Part shown: in pieces, positions 63,764-64,000 of the stretch | Layout: every line of letters starts with the position of its first letter | Numbering within the stretch: the stretch's first letter is position 1 | Assembly (NCBI GenBank): GCA_964490365.1 | Contig: CAZBAG010000001.1 | Coordinates: 129,512 to 193,511, forward strand | DNA: 64,000 nucleotides | Direction of reading: 5' to 3' | Source of the DNA: an uncultured Candidatus Saccharibacteria bacterium | GTDB lineage: Bacteria > Patescibacteriota > Minisyncoccia > Phycocordibacterales > CSBR16-119 | Program-made: the position numbers and the translations under genes | The notes under the pieces: generated by a model | Seen by the model: the letters and a program-made list of their open reading frames with translations, nothing else | Database searches by the model: none | What the model was told of the DNA's origin: nothing

Positions 63764-64000
63764 TGGCAAAAATTACAACTGACGTCGAAACATTTGCGAG
63801 AATCAAAGTTGTTGGAGTTGGTGGTTCAGGATGCAATGCGGTAAACCACATGATCGCTTCTAAAGTAAAAGAAGTTGGTTTTATTGTGATGAATACTGAC
63901 ACACAAGACCTTCACAAATCTCTTGCAGATCGAAAAATTCACCTTGGAAAAAACCTGACAAAAGGTTTGGGTGCTGGTATGAACCCAGAAATTGGAAAGA
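63764..64000 (+). CDS. ftsZ: Cell division protein FtsZ (N-terminal part; continues beyond the window)
   Basis: [27 protein letters not shown] matches the FtsZ N-terminus and the start of the GTP-binding loop. Confidence 0.85.

Noticed and set aside
1-64000. CRISPR arrays, rRNA or tRNA genes
   Set aside because: No short direct repeats regularly interspaced by unique spacers were seen. No tRNA cloverleaf signatures or rRNA-like conserved stretches were recognised in any intergenic region. This was searched by eye only, and tRNAscan or Infernal would be decisive.

Overview
The window reads as a low-GC (about 35-40% by eye), gene-dense Candidate Phyla Radiation-like bacterial chromosome segment. 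Most genes are on the minus strand, tightly packed, often with overlapping start and stop codons. Identified host genes cover cell-wall synthesis (murG, ftsW, mraY, a PBP5-type carboxypeptidase, mltG, an M23 peptidase), division and shape (ftsA, ftsZ start, mreB, scpA, scpB), translation (gltX, aspS, trpS, cysS, a short alaS, mnmA, frr, infA, ybeY, and an rpsM-rpsK-rpsD-rpoA-rplQ / rplM-rpsI ribosomal block that includes an untracked rpmJ), replication and repair (dnaB, recR, priA-like, holB-like, a DnaQ-like exonuclease, a RecD/Pif1-like helicase), and the grpE-dnaK-dnaJ chaperone set. The most striking feature is a recurring family of at least 15 compositionally distinct monocistronic units scattered through this background. 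The member genes look G+C-richer by eye, roughly 45-57%. Each unit has the same architecture: a tight GC-stem hairpin terminator directly abutting a near-consensus sigma70-type promoter (TTGACA, 16-18 nt spacer, TATAAT-like), then a C/A-rich leader with no Shine-Dalgarno sequence (for example aaaccaaaccATG), then a single ORF, then another strong hairpin terminator. The products are mostly unrecognisable small proteins. Three are tandem signal-peptide proteins. One is a mammalian-type purine nucleoside phosphorylase and one is an NhaD-like antiporter. Two further units in the 23.0-23.7 kb gap appear to carry no ORF and may encode ncRNAs. This insulated-cassette pattern is the main candidate for a novel or foreign system; it could also be engineered DNA or an assembly artefact. 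Other notable items: a Doc/Phd-like toxin-antitoxin insertion flanked by a 50-bp direct duplication of the 3' end of the neighbouring gene; a perfect 9-bp palindrome in the grpE / PaaX-like divergent promoter region; an approximately 85-nt intergenic repeat present upstream of dnaK and of one other gene; a two-domain DUF4377-like + META gene split by a single in-frame TGA; and a minimal voltage-sensor (S4) channel-like protein. Several housekeeping proteins are reduced in length or motif-degenerate: RecR without its Zn finger, PriA with a degenerate Walker A motif, AlaRS without the C-terminal domain, and AspRS without the GAD domain. No rRNA, tRNA or CRISPR array was found.
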